Numbered from the stretch's first letter, positions 9,878-19,777 are shown. The stretch is DNA of 64,000 bases from an uncultured beta proteobacterium (GCA_963844255.1 CAWJNP010000025.1:7064-71063), one strand, 5' to 3'. Made by a program: numbers and translations. The notes: generated by a model not told the origin, from the letters alone.

Positions 9878-10480
9878 TTACTTCTTCGCTTCGGCGGGCT
9901 TGCCGAAATCAACCTTGGGCGCCACCGAGATCGCCTTCTCGTTCTCGACCGTGAAATTCTGCTTGGGCGAGTAGCTGAAGATCATTGCCGTGAGGTTGGT
10001 TGGGAACTGGCGCGCCAGCACGTTGTATTCCTGCACCGCCTTGATGTAGCGACCGCGTGCAACCGTGATCCGGTTCTCGGTGCCCTCGAGCTGCGCCGCG
10101 AGTTCGCTGAATTGCTGGGTCGCTTTCAGTTCAGGGTACTTCTCCACCACCACCAGCAGCCGCGACAGCGCGCTCGACAAGCCGGCCTGCGCGTTCTGGA
10201 AGTTGGAGAATGCCTGCGGGTCATTTAGAACCTCGGGCGTGACCTTGAGCTGGCCAACCGAGGCGCGCGCATTGACCACGGCCTCGAGCGTGGATTTTTC
10301 GAAATCCGTGGCGCCCTTGACGGTGGCGATCAGGTTGGGAATCAGGTCCGCGCGGCGTTGATAGTTGTTCACCACCTCCGACCAGGCAGCATTGACGGAT
10401 TCGTCCAGCCGCTGGAAATCGTTGTAACCGCAACCCGACAGAGTCAGCGCAGCAAGGGCTGCAAGGATGAATTTGCGCAA
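9878..10480 (-). CDS. lemA: LemA family lipoprotein
   Basis: Lipobox LSGC; YQRRADLIPNL, YPELKA, QLEGTENRI; TTG start preceded by GGAG. Confidence 0.93.
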   Translation of the reverse strand: MRKFILAALAALTLSGCGYNDFQRLDESVNAAWSEVVNNYQRRADLIPNLIATVKGATDFEKSTLEAVVNARASVGQLKVTPEVLNDPQAFSNFQNAQAGLSSALSRLLVVVEKYPELKATQQFSELAAQLEGTENRITVARGRYIKAVQEYNVLARQFPTNLTAMIFSYSPKQNFTVENEKAISVAPKVDFGKPAEAKK

Positions 10481-10516
10481 GGCGATCTCCCGTTAGAAGT
10501 AATAGGACGCTGGCCC

Positions 10517-11350
10517 CTATATTGCGGCCGTTGCGCTCGCTTGCAAGCCCGCCATGGTCGATTTTGCAAACAAAAGGTCCTGCCAGGCCTTGGCCTTGTC
10601 CGGCAGTGTGCGCAGCAGGTAGGCCGGATGGTAGGTGACGATCAGCGGCACGCCATGACAGGTGTGCAGCCGGCCACGCAGGCTGGCGATCGAGGCCTCG
10701 GTACCCAGCAGCGTCTGGACGGCAAAGCGTCCCATCGCGAGGATGAGCTTCGGCCGGATCAGCGCAACCTGGCGTGCAAGGTGCGGCGCGCACTGCGCCA
10801 CCTCGGCAGGCTCCGGATTCCGGTTACCCGGCGGCCGGCATTTGAGGACATTGGCGATATAGACATTCTGGCCGCGCCTGAGGTCGATGGATGCCAGCAT
10901 CGCGTCGAGCAGTTGCCCCGCCTGGCCCACAAAGGGCTCGCCCTGCCGGTCTTCCTCCTGGCCGGGTGCTTCCCCCACCAGCAGCCAGTCTGCGTTTTCG
11001 TCACCTACGCCGAACACGGTCTGCGTGCGGCCCTCATGCAGGGCGCAGGCCGTGCAGTCCGACACCGCCGCCTTGAGTGCCGGCCAGTCCATTTTGGAAA
11101 TCCGCGCCTCGCGCGCCACCGACGGCGTGCTCGGAACATCGATTTGTTCAGCATCGCCGCCGGGGGGTACGGGGGGGCCAGGCGGGTTTACTGGCCCCCC
11201 TGTTCCGATCGTTCCGGGGGGGCCAGGCGGGTTTGCTGGCCCCCCTGTTCCAATCGGTACAGGCGGTTTTACTGGCCCCCCCGTTCCTTTCGTTCTCCAG
11301 ATGGGCGTCAGCCCCATCTCCTTCAGCATCTCGTCGCGGCGCGCGCTCAT
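10517..11350 (-). CDS. Family 4 uracil-DNA glycosylase (Fe-S) with a Pro/Gly repeat linker
   Basis: CTAC.L, GEAPG.EED.QGEPFVG, NVLKCRPPGNRNP, TYHPAYLLR. Confidence 0.93.
   Translation of the reverse strand: MSARRDEMLKEMGLTPIWRTKGTGGPVKPPVPIGTGGPANPPGPPGTIGTGGPVNPPGPPVPPGGDAEQIDVPSTPSVAREARISKMDWPALKAAVSDCTACALHEGRTQTVFGVGDENADWLLVGEAPGQEEDRQGEPFVGQAGQLLDAMLASIDLRRGQNVYIANVLKCRPPGNRNPEPAEVAQCAPHLARQVALIRPKLILAMGRFAVQTLLGTEASIASLRGRLHTCHGVPLIVTYHPAYLLRTLPDKAKAWQDLLFAKSTMAGLQASATAAI
11171..11287. repeat. In-frame tandem hairpin repeat (45-nt period, about 2.5 copies) inside the UDG gene
   Basis: Unit GGGGGGCCAG-gcgggttt(a/g)-CTGGCCCCCC-tgttcc at 11171 and 11216 plus a partial third copy; encodes GTGGP(V/A)(K/N)PP repeats. 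Confidence 0.85.
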
Positions 11351-11808
11351 AGGTCGAGCGTCAGTACCAGGGCGTTTTCGCGGCCACCGTGCGCCGGGTA
11401 GTAGCCGGGCCGCTCGGCGATGCGTTTGAAATCGAAGCCTTCATACAGTGCAATCGCGGCCGCATTGCTCGGCCGTACCTCGAGAAACACGTGGCGCGCC
11501 TCGCCCTCGCGTCCAAGGCGCAACACTTCGCGCAGCAGCACACTGCCGATGCCCTGTCGATGGCGCGCGGCGGACACAGAAAGGTTCAGCAGATGCGCTT
11601 CTCCGACCGCGACAAGCAGCACGAAGTACCCCAGCAATTCCGCGCCCAGCGTCAGCGTCGCGCAGTGGTAACCGGCCTTCAGCGAATCGGCGAAATTTCC
11701 GCGTGTCCATGGATGTGTGTAGACGTCTTCCTCGATCGCGATCACCGCGTCGAGGTCTTCGACGCCCATGCGCCCGAAGCGTGGCTGGTCCTTGAGGACG
11801 GCACTCAT
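11347..11808 (-). CDS. rimI: Ribosomal protein S18 alanine N-acetyltransferase
   Basis: GNAT fold: PWTRGNF, EAHLLNL, FLEVRPSN.AAIALY, RPGYY; tsaB-rimI-udg synteny. Confidence 0.93.
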   Translation of the reverse strand: MSAVLKDQPRFGRMGVEDLDAVIAIEEDVYTHPWTRGNFADSLKAGYHCATLTLGAELLGYFVLLVAVGEAHLLNLSVSAARHRQGIGSVLLREVLRLGREGEARHVFLEVRPSNAAAIALYEGFDFKRIAERPGYYPAHGGRENALVLTLDL

Positions 11809-12503
11809 GGTTGCCCCGCCCGCGCGGCCTGCTCCGCCGAGGTCAATGCAATCTTGTCGCGCACGTAGTGCGGCGTGGCCAGCGCCGCATCGGCGCCCTC
11901 GCCGGCCGCAAGGCGCGGCGCCGCGAGGCGGGCCACCGCAACCGCGCTGGGGCGCACCTCGGGCGCAATGCCCACGAGTGCGCCGCGCAAACGGGGTTCA
12001 ATGCGCGCGGCATAGGCCGCAAATCCGCTGCCGCAGCCCAGCCAGCCGCCCCCCTCAGGCACCTCGACCGCATCCGGCGGCGCGCAGCGTGCGCGCAGGA
12101 TGGTCTGCCAACCGGCCTCGCCCGGGCGCTTATCGTAGGCCGCGCAGTACACCTCGCTCATGCGTGCATCGAGGGCCACGAAGACGCGCGACGCGCCGCT
12201 CTCCTCGGCCGTGGCCTCCAGCGTGGAAATGCCGATCACCGGCAGCCCGTGCGCAAAGGCGAGCCCCTGGGCGACGCCGCAGGCGATGCGCAGTCCCGTG
12301 AACGCGCCTGGCCCGGCCCCATAGGCGATCGCTTCGAGGTCGCTTGCCTCCAGACCGGTGCGTTTCAGCAGCGTGTCCAGCATCGGCAGGACGAACTCAC
12401 CCTGACGCGGTCCGGCGCGCCGTTCCAGCGAAACGATCTCCCCGTCGCGCCAGAGGGCGACGCAGCACCATTCGGTGGCAGTTTCGATCGCGGCAAAGTT
12501 CAT
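11805..12503 (-). CDS. tsaB: tRNA threonylcarbamoyladenosine biosynthesis protein TsaB
   Basis: AIETATE.C.VAL, GPGAFTGLRIACGVAQGLA, LDARM.EVY, P.YVRDK. Confidence 0.94.
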   Translation of the reverse strand: MNFAAIETATEWCCVALWRDGEIVSLERRAGPRQGEFVLPMLDTLLKRTGLEASDLEAIAYGAGPGAFTGLRIACGVAQGLAFAHGLPVIGISTLEATAEESGASRVFVALDARMSEVYCAAYDKRPGEAGWQTILRARCAPPDAVEVPEGGGWLGCGSGFAAYAARIEPRLRGALVGIAPEVRPSAVAVARLAAPRLAAGEGADAALATPHYVRDKIALTSAEQAARAGQP

Positions 12504-12576
12504 CCCATATTGTATCGGCTATCATTCGCCCCCTGCGCGAGGCGCCGATTCAGGCACCGGATTCAAGGAGAAAACC

Positions 12577-13663
12577 ATGGCAGATCACAAGATTGCAGTC
12601 ATTGCCGGCGACGGTATCGGCAAGGAAGTCATGCCCGAGGGCGTGCGCGTGCTGGAGGCGGTCGGCGCGAAATACGGCATCGGCTTCAAGTTCGAGGAGT
12701 TTCCCTGGAACTGCGACTGGTACAAGGAGCACGGCAAGATGTGCCCCGACGAGACGCCGGACATCCTGCAAGAAATTCGAGGCCGTGTACTTCGGTGCCG
12801 TGGGCAACCCGGCGATCGTGCCCGACCATATCTCGGCCTGGGGCCTGCTGATCAATTTCCGCCGCTGGTTCGACCTGTACGTGAACCTGCGCCCGGTGCG
12901 GCTGTTCGAGGGCCTGCCGTGTCCCCTGGCCGGCCGCAAGCCCGGCGACATCGACTACTACGTGGTGCGCGAGAACACCGAGGGCGAATATTCCACCGTG
13001 GGCGGGCGCCTGTTCGAGGGCACCGAGCGCGAAATCGTGCAGCAGACCACGACCCTGTCGCGCAAGGGCGTGGACCGGATCATGAAGTACGCCTTCGATC
13101 TCGCACAGACGCGCACGAAGAAGCACGTCACCTCGTGCACCAAGTCGAACGGCATCACCATCACCATGCCCTACTGGGACGAGCGCTTTGCGCTGATGAA
13201 GAAGCAGTACCCGGGAATCCGCGCCGACCAGTACCACGTCGACGGACTGTCGATCCAGCTGGTCCTGCACCCGGACAAGTTCGACGTGATCGTGGGCTCC
13301 AACCTGTTCGGCGACATCCTCTCCGACATCGGTCCGGCCACTGCGGGCACGATCGGCATCGCGCCCTCGGGCAACATCAACCCCGAGCGCCTCTACCCTT
13401 CCATTTTCGAACCGGTGCACGGATCGGCGCCCGACATCGCGGGCAGGAAGATCGCCAACCCGATCGGCCAGATCTGGGCGGGCTCGATGATGCTGGACCA
13501 CCTCGGCCACCACGACGCGGCCGCCGCCGTGATCCGCGCGATCGAAAAAGCCATCGTCGACGGCCCGCGCACCCCGGACATGGGCGGCAAGGCGAGCACA
13601 TCCGAAGTGGGTGCCGCGATTGCGGAAGCCGTGCGTGCCGATGCGGTGAAGAAGGCCGCTTGA
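12577..13663 (+). CDS. Tartrate/D-malate dehydrogenase (decarboxylating); +1 frameshift near 12769
   Basis: IAVIAGDGIGKEVMPEG in one frame, then VPDHIS.WGLLI.FRR.FD.YVNLRPVRL, TKSNG..ITMPYWD, NLFGDILSD and FEPVHGSAPDIAG in the next; AAGGAG RBS. Confidence 0.88.
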
Positions 13664-13752
13664 AGAACAACGCGATCCCATCTTTCTCCGGCCACAGGAT
13701 CGCGACGCTTGTCGCGTCGACCTAGGCAACGCGCGCAGGGTTTGAGCTTCAA

Positions 13753-13787
13753 AATCCCGGGGCGGACGCCGATGTCCGCCCCGGATT
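13753..13787. other. GC-rich hairpin immediately upstream of the hydrolase start
   Basis: CCGGGGCGGAC-gccgat-GTCCGCCCCGG 11-bp stem; no U-tract. Confidence 0.55.
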
Positions 13788-13796
13788 GACGACCCC

Positions 13797-14600
13797 ATGT
13801 CCAGACATCACCCACATCTGCGGGAAGCCGGCGCCGGTTCCGGCGTCGTCTGCCTGCATTCGAACGCCAGCAGTTCAGCCCAATGGCGAGATCTGATGGA
13901 TCGGCTTGCGCCGACGTACCGCGTCCTCGCTCCGGACCTGTACGGCGCAGGGAAAAGTCCGGAGTGGCATTCGGACGGCGTCATCGGCCTGCGCGATGAA
14001 GTCGCATTCATGGAACCGGTCCTCGCCAGTGCCGGATCGCCGATGGCGCTGGTCGGACATTCCTACGGTGCCGCGGTCGCATTGATTGCCGCACTCGAGA
14101 ATCCCGGGCGCGTGCGCGCATTGGCCCTCTATGAACCCACCCTGTTCGCACTGCTCGAAGCCGAGTCCCCACCGCCCAACCAGGCTGATGGAATCCGGGT
14201 GACCGCGCTGGCCGCGAACGCCGCACTGGATGCCGGTGACCTGCACGGTGCCGCCGAACACTTCATCGACTATTGGACCGGCAGCGGAAGCTGGGAGAAA
14301 ACCCCGCCGCAGCGCAAGACCGTGCTTGCGGCATCCATTTCCAAGGTACGGCGCTGGACGCATGCGCTGTTTACCGAACCCACGCCGCTGGCCGCGTTTC
14401 GTGCGCTCGACATCCCGGTGCTGTGCATGGTGGGCGGGCGTTCGACGCCTTCGGCTCACGGGGTCACGCGGCTTCTCGCGGACACGCTGCCACAGGTCGA
14501 GGTGGTGGAGTTCGACGAACTCGGGCACATGGGCCCGGTCACGCACCCGAAGACTGTAAATGCGGTGATCGAACGGTTTCTCGAGCGCACGCGGAAATGA
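13797..14600 (+). CDS. Alpha/beta hydrolase
   Basis: PDLYGAG.S, GHSYG elbow, GHMGPVTHP. Confidence 0.88.
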   Translation: MSRHHPHLREAGAGSGVVCLHSNASSSAQWRDLMDRLAPTYRVLAPDLYGAGKSPEWHSDGVIGLRDEVAFMEPVLASAGSPMALVGHSYGAAVALIAALENPGRVRALALYEPTLFALLEAESPPPNQADGIRVTALAANAALDAGDLHGAAEHFIDYWTGSGSWEKTPPQRKTVLAASISKVRRWTHALFTEPTPLAAFRALDIPVLCMVGGRSTPSAHGVTRLLADTLPQVEVVEFDELGHMGPVTHPKTVNAVIERFLERTRK

Positions 14601-14671
14601 CAACTTTGCCACTGGCGGTGCCGCTGCGCTGCTGCTAAGGTTCCTTTGTTTTCGATCAACTTCGGAGAACG

Positions 14672-14962
14672 ATGATGAAATCATTGCAATGGGCGATTGC
14701 GCTGGGAAGCATGGTTCTGCTCTCGACCGCCTCTGCATGGTCTGCAGAGTCCCGGGTGCCGCCACAATCGTCGGGCATCGTGCAGAAATCTGCGCAGACG
14801 GTCCCTGCCGAGCCCGGACTTTTCGCGCAAAACAACAGCAGAAAAGCCTGCGTCGATCCGATCAAGGCCTGCTGGAAAGTCTGCGGGTCGCAGCACAAGC
14901 CCGGCTCGGACGAATGGAAGGCGTGCAAGGTCAAGTGCGGCAATCCGGGCGGCTGCGACTAG
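14672..14962 (+). CDS. Small secreted protein with a 6-Cys C-terminal domain
   Basis: GGAG RBS; signal peptide ending ASAWSA; C-x6-C-x3-C-x13-C-x3-C-x5-C. Confidence 0.7.
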   Translation: MMKSLQWAIALGSMVLLSTASAWSAESRVPPQSSGIVQKSAQTVPAEPGLFAQNNSRKACVDPIKACWKVCGSQHKPGSDEWKACKVKCGNPGGCD

Positions 14963-15192
14963 GCTCCAACCCCGGCCCGCACGATCGCAGCCTCCACGGT
15001 TGCGCTTGCGCGGGCCTGTAGTGCAGTCCGCGATTTCCGCAATCACCACCTGATTCCTCCGGTTGTCGCAGCGCACGCGTACCCTGTAATCAAGCGTGCG
15101 GTTGAGGAACGACGCGCCGCAAACCAGAAAATCAGCCGCATAAGACGCGCTGCGACACGAGCGGCATCACACCCCACCGGGGCCGGCGCCTT

Positions 15193-16038
15193 TCAGTCCT
15201 CGAATTCGGCAAACACCGCCTGATGATCCGAATCGCGGCTCACTGAGTCCACTGTCATGGAACGCAGACGCGGCTCCAGCGTGTCTGTCACGACGATGAA
15301 ATCGCAGCAGAACGGTGTGCGACCCGGGTCCTCATCGTGCACACGCACGGTTGGTGCATGTGGCGAATTGCCGTGCGCCACCCGCCATGCATCCTGCCAG
15401 TCCGGCGCGGCACCGCCGAAAGGCGCAATCAGGCGGCCATACTGTCCAGACCCGGCTGCCAGGTTCAGGTCACCGGTGAGGATCTGATCTCGCGGGCGCG
15501 GCTTGGGCGTAAAAAGCACCGAACCGCCAGTGCCCGGCGCAACCATCGCGTGTCCGCTGGCCTCACGATGCAGGGCGCGCAGGTACTCGATCTGCGCTTC
15601 TCGCTGCTGCGGCGCGTAGAACTCAAGGTGCGTCGTGAGCAGGCGCAGCATGCCCCAGGGCGCTTCGACCTCGAGCTCGATGGCAGCCCGCGGAATGCTG
15701 ACGACGCCCGCCTCGGGCGGCCACGGCAGGGCGTAGCGAATCACGCGATGCACCGGCCGGCGCGACAGGATCAGATTGCCGAATTGGCGGGCAACCCCGC
15801 TCTCATGCGACTCGAATGATGCACCGTAGAACGCGCGGTGCTCAGGAAACGCCGCACCGAGCATTGCCACCTGATCCTCGCCACGACTGCCGGCGAGGAC
15901 GTCGCATTCGACGGCGATTTCCTGCAGGCAGATCAGGTCCGCGTCGCCCAGTTCCCTGATCCTGCTCGCAATTCGCAACGGGTCGACCACGCCATCCATG
16001 CCGCGGCACCATTGGACGTTCCAGCTGAGCACCTGCAT
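15193..16038 (-). CDS. Endonuclease/exonuclease/phosphatase family protein
   Basis: SWNVQW.RG.DG, DLICLQE, GDLN, SDHQ motifs. Confidence 0.9.
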   Translation of the reverse strand: MQVLSWNVQWCRGMDGVVDPLRIASRIRELGDADLICLQEIAVECDVLAGSRGEDQVAMLGAAFPEHRAFYGASFESHESGVARQFGNLILSRRPVHRVIRYALPWPPEAGVVSIPRAAIELEVEAPWGMLRLLTTHLEFYAPQQREAQIEYLRALHREASGHAMVAPGTGGSVLFTPKPRPRDQILTGDLNLAAGSGQYGRLIAPFGGAAPDWQDAWRVAHGNSPHAPTVRVHDEDPGRTPFCCDFIVVTDTLEPRLRSMTVDSVSRDSDHQAVFAEFED

Positions 16039-16273
16039 CGCGTTCTCCGTTTTTATTGTTCGTTCCGGGAGCCTCCACTGTACCGGTGAACGGGAAAATC
16101 TCGTGTATAAAAGCAGCCTTCCCCACCGCGGTTGCCCGCCCTCGGATGGCGTAGCGCTCTACGGAATCTGCGCTCTCATACTGGCACTGGCGCCGTCACG
16201 TGCCATGGAAGGGGCGTCAGTCCCGGGCGTGGCCGATGCTGCAACTTCCTGACGTCCGTTGCCAGTGCTTCGC

Positions 16274-17035
16274 TCAGGCCGGTCTGGCCATCGCCAGTCG
16301 ATCGAGGATGTCGGGTGGGATGAAGTTCACCAGTTCGGTCTTGTCGGCCTCCACCAGCTCAACGTAGCGCTTCACCACGTCGGTCGGATCGAGCTGACCG
16401 ATGGTGATGCGCTTCACGAGCGAGTCCATGACCTTGACGTCTTCCGGGTCTGCGGTCTCGCGATCGAACCACGCACCCGGGTTGTTCGCCATCCGGTCAT
16501 TGAATCCTGTGGCATACGGGCCGGGGTTTATCAGCGCGACGTCGACCCCGAAAACCGCCAGTTCGCTGCGCAGTGCAGTGCCGAAAGCCTGCAGCGCGTG
16601 CTTGCTCATTGCGTAAGGCCCCGAGCCGATCCCGGCGCGCACGCCCGCAATCGACGACACGATCAGAATCCGCCCGGAGCGCCGCTTCCGCATGGCCTGC
16701 GCGACGCGCTGCGTGATGGCGAAGGTGCCAAAGACATTGACCTCGAACACCGCGCGCAGCCGCTCCATCGGAAGCACGCTGAGCGGTCCTGTCTGGCCCA
16801 TCCCCGCGTTGGCGATGAAGCAGTCGATGCGCCACTGGTCGACCTTGGCGATATCGTCAGCTCTGGTGATGTCGATCTTCGTGACAGTGAGTTCCGGGTG
16901 GGCGGCCGAAAGCCCGGCGACCTGCGCGTCCTTCTCCACGGCGGCAATCACCTTGCGACCGCGCGCGGCCAGCTGTATTGCAGTGTCGAGCCCGAAGCCG
17001 CTGCCAGCGCCGGTGATCAGTACGGTCCTGGTCAT
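16274..17035 (-). CDS. Short-chain dehydrogenase/reductase
   Basis: TGAGSGFG, ANAG, YAMSK; AGGAG RBS before ATG 17035. Confidence 0.9.
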   Translation of the reverse strand: MTRTVLITGAGSGFGLDTAIQLAARGRKVIAAVEKDAQVAGLSAAHPELTVTKIDITRADDIAKVDQWRIDCFIANAGMGQTGPLSVLPMERLRAVFEVNVFGTFAITQRVAQAMRKRRSGRILIVSSIAGVRAGIGSGPYAMSKHALQAFGTALRSELAVFGVDVALINPGPYATGFNDRMANNPGAWFDRETADPEDVKVMDSLVKRITIGQLDPTDVVKRYVELVEADKTELVNFIPPDILDRLAMARPA

Positions 17036-17048
17036 GTCGTGTCTCCTT

Positions 17049-17978
17049 TTACAGCGCGTTTCGCGCGCGCTTCTCCATGGGGAGCAGCGCGTGATAAGTG
17101 AACGTATGGACCGGGGTGGCGACACCGGTCTGTTTCCCGAAACGCACCACTGCCCCGTTCCATGCGTCGAGCTCGGAGGGCTTGCCGGCCATGATGTCGC
17201 GCAGCATCGAGGCCGTTGCGGCCGCCGGCAATCCTTCATAAAACGACCAGAGCTCAGCCTTGAATCCGTCAGCGATTGCGTAGCCGAGCTTGCGTCCGAC
17301 GGCGATGCCTTCGTCCATCGCCTGGTCCACCAGCGCGTGGGTCTCGGGCAGTGTACGGATCACCCCCATCGGACTGCGCGCAAGCGCGCCCAGCCCGGCC
17401 CAGGAACTGACCGTGAGAAGCTTTTTCCACAGCGCAGTGCGGATGTCGGTGCTCGCCTTGGTGTCCACGCCGGCCTTGGCGAATGCTTCACGCAGCGCCT
17501 CGACCCGCTGCGACGTGCTGCCGTCGAGTTCACCGATCTCGATGTAGGCACCGGGATTCGCATGGCGGATCACGCCTGGCGCCTCGATCTGGCTGAACAC
17601 CTTGGACAGGCCGCCGATCACACGCGCGGCGCCAAGCTCCCTGGCCAGTTCGTCAGGTGCATCGACCCCGTTCAGGAACGGCACCACGAACGTGTCGGGC
17701 CCGAGCAGAGGGCGCATTGCGCGCGCGACTTCCGGCACCTGCCAGGTCTTGACCGCGACGATCACCACGTCGACCGGACCGATGTCGGCGGGGTCGCTGC
17801 TCGCTTTGGGTGACGGGAGATGGAAGTCCCCCAGCGGGCTGAGTACCTTCAGGCCGCTTTTGCGGATCGCCTCGAGATGTGCGCCGCGCGCGATGAAAGC
17901 CACGTCGTGCCCCGCCTGTGCGAGACGCGCGCCATAGTAGCCGCCCAGCCCGCCTGATCCATAGATTGCAAATCGCAT
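17049..17978 (-). CDS. panE: 2-dehydropantoate 2-reductase (PanE/ApbA family)
   Basis: GSGGLGGYYG, VAVKTW, NGV, LWKK, SMLRDI..GKPSELD. Confidence 0.85.
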   Translation of the reverse strand: MRFAIYGSGGLGGYYGARLAQAGHDVAFIARGAHLEAIRKSGLKVLSPLGDFHLPSPKASSDPADIGPVDVVIVAVKTWQVPEVARAMRPLLGPDTFVVPFLNGVDAPDELARELGAARVIGGLSKVFSQIEAPGVIRHANPGAYIEIGELDGSTSQRVEALREAFAKAGVDTKASTDIRTALWKKLLTVSSWAGLGALARSPMGVIRTLPETHALVDQAMDEGIAVGRKLGYAIADGFKAELWSFYEGLPAAATASMLRDIMAGKPSELDAWNGAVVRFGKQTGVATPVHTFTYHALLPMEKRARNAL

Positions 17979-18120
17979 CTTTTTCCCATTCGATTGTTCT
18001 GGCCGCTACACCGGCACAACCGTAGTGTGCCACGCGCGGCACTGCGCCCGCCGCTGCTTTCTTGACAGCCCACACCACCCTGTCTACCGTGACCATCCCA
18101 CAGCGTAGAGAATCCTCCCC

Positions 18121-18891
18121 ATGCCCTACTACGAGAAAGGCCCCGTCCGCATCTACTATGAGGACACCGGCAAAGGCTTTCCCCTCCTTCTGATTCCGGG
18201 CGGCGGGCTCAATTCGTCGTTTGCATCCTGGCAGAACTTCTCGCCCTTCAACGCGATCGACGCCTACAAAAACGACTTCCGCTGCATCTGCGCGGATCTG
18301 CGCAACGCGAATCCCGGAAAATCCACGGGCCCTGTGGAGGTCGACCGCCCCTGGGACAGCTATGCCGACGACCAGCTCGGGCTGATGGATCACCTCGGCA
18401 TCAAGGCGTTCTTCGTCATGGGCTTCTGCATCGGCGGGCCGATGATCCACAACCTGATCAAGCGCGCACCGGACAGGATTGTCGCGGCCGCGATGATGCA
18501 GCCCAGCGGCTTTCGTCCCGAGACGCCGGACCTCTTCTACCAGAACAACATCAAGGGCTGGGGGCCGCAGCTTTGCGAGAAGCGCCCGGAACTCACGCTG
18601 AAGATGATCGGCGACTTCCTCGACAACATGTACACGAAGCGTGCCGATTTCGTGTTCACAGTAACGCGCGATTTCGTTCGCACGATCAAGACACCGCTGC
18701 TGATCGCACCGGACGACGTGACCGCGCACCCGCGCAGGGTCGCGATGGAGGTTGCGAGCCTGGCGGAGAACGTGGAGACGACCCGCTTTCCCTGGAAGGA
18801 CACGCAGGAACACATCGATGAAGTGATCGAGCAGGCGCGGCAGTTCTTCAGGACACATGTTCCAGCCGGCGCTACGGCACGCGCGGCCTGA
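18121..18891 (+). CDS. Alpha/beta hydrolase-fold protein with Cys at the nucleophile position
   Basis: PLLLIPGGG, DLRNA..GKSTGP, elbow G-F-C-I-G. Confidence 0.8.
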   Translation: MPYYEKGPVRIYYEDTGKGFPLLLIPGGGLNSSFASWQNFSPFNAIDAYKNDFRCICADLRNANPGKSTGPVEVDRPWDSYADDQLGLMDHLGIKAFFVMGFCIGGPMIHNLIKRAPDRIVAAAMMQPSGFRPETPDLFYQNNIKGWGPQLCEKRPELTLKMIGDFLDNMYTKRADFVFTVTRDFVRTIKTPLLIAPDDVTAHPRRVAMEVASLAENVETTRFPWKDTQEHIDEVIEQARQFFRTHVPAGATARAA

Positions 18892-18895
18892 GCCC

Positions 18896-19750
18896 ATGGC
18901 AGTGTCCGATTTTCCCGACTCGCGCTTCCTGATCAGCGCAGACGATCTTGCCGCGCGGCTGAACGAGGTCACCCTGATCGACCTGCGGCCTGCCGAGGAT
19001 TTTGCGCTCGGCCGGATCGGCGGTGCGCGCCATCTCGATATCTACGGCGTGAGCCTGAACGACTCGTCGGACGCGCCGCTCAACGCCTTCCTTGCGATAT
19101 TCACCAACCTGTTCGGCGCACGCGGCGTCTCAGTCGAGCGTCCGGTGGTGATCTACGACCACGAATCAGGCGAGCGCGCGGCACGCGCGGTGTGGCTGCT
19201 CGCGGTGCTGGGCCACCCGGACGTGCGGATCCTGGATGGCGGCAGCAGCGCGTGGACCGCATCGGGCAGAAAACTGACGCCGCTTTCCGCCGCCCCCGCC
19301 CCGGTCGATCCGGCCAAGGCGCCCCCTTCCTCCCCGCCATTCAGGGGCACCCGAAATCCGGGCCTGCTCGCGACGAGGTTCGACGTGCATGCCGCGATCG
19401 ACGACCCCGGCACGGTGATCGTTGACGTGCGGCGCGAATCTGAATTCCGCGGCACCGAGAAGCGCGCGAAACGTGCCGGCGCGATTCCGAACGCGGTGCA
19501 CCTCTTCTGGCGCGAGCATATCGGCGCGGACGGGCGGTTCAAACCGGCCGCAGAGATTCGCGCGCTGTATGAAGCGAAGGGGGTCACGCCCGACAAGCGT
19601 GTGATCGCCTTCTGCCAGGGCGGCTATCGCTCGGCCAGCACCTTTCTCGCGCTGCGCTCGCTCGGTTATCCCGACGTGCGCAACTATGTCGGCTCGTGGG
19701 GAGAATGGGGCAACCGGGACGATTCGAAGATCGTCACGCCCGCGCCCTGA
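18896..19750 (+). CDS. Tandem rhodanese sulfurtransferase (SseA/TST-like, cytoplasmic)
   Basis: ILDGG..AW, GAIPNA, active loop CQGGYR, YVGSWGEW. Confidence 0.9.
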   Translation: MAVSDFPDSRFLISADDLAARLNEVTLIDLRPAEDFALGRIGGARHLDIYGVSLNDSSDAPLNAFLAIFTNLFGARGVSVERPVVIYDHESGERAARAVWLLAVLGHPDVRILDGGSSAWTASGRKLTPLSAAPAPVDPAKAPPSSPPFRGTRNPGLLATRFDVHAAIDDPGTVIVDVRRESEFRGTEKRAKRAGAIPNAVHLFWREHIGADGRFKPAAEIRALYEAKGVTPDKRVIAFCQGGYRSASTFLALRSLGYPDVRNYVGSWGEWGNRDDSKIVTPAP

Positions 19751-19777
19751 GAACACGCTCGCCGAGGTGACCTGCAG

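Noticed and set aside
11161-11290. Possible mini-CRISPR array
   Set aside because: Units are contiguous with no unique spacers, lie in frame inside a gene, and no cas genes are present
14963-15192. Possible small gene or remnant on the minus strand
   Set aside because: No convincing start, RBS or recognisable motif
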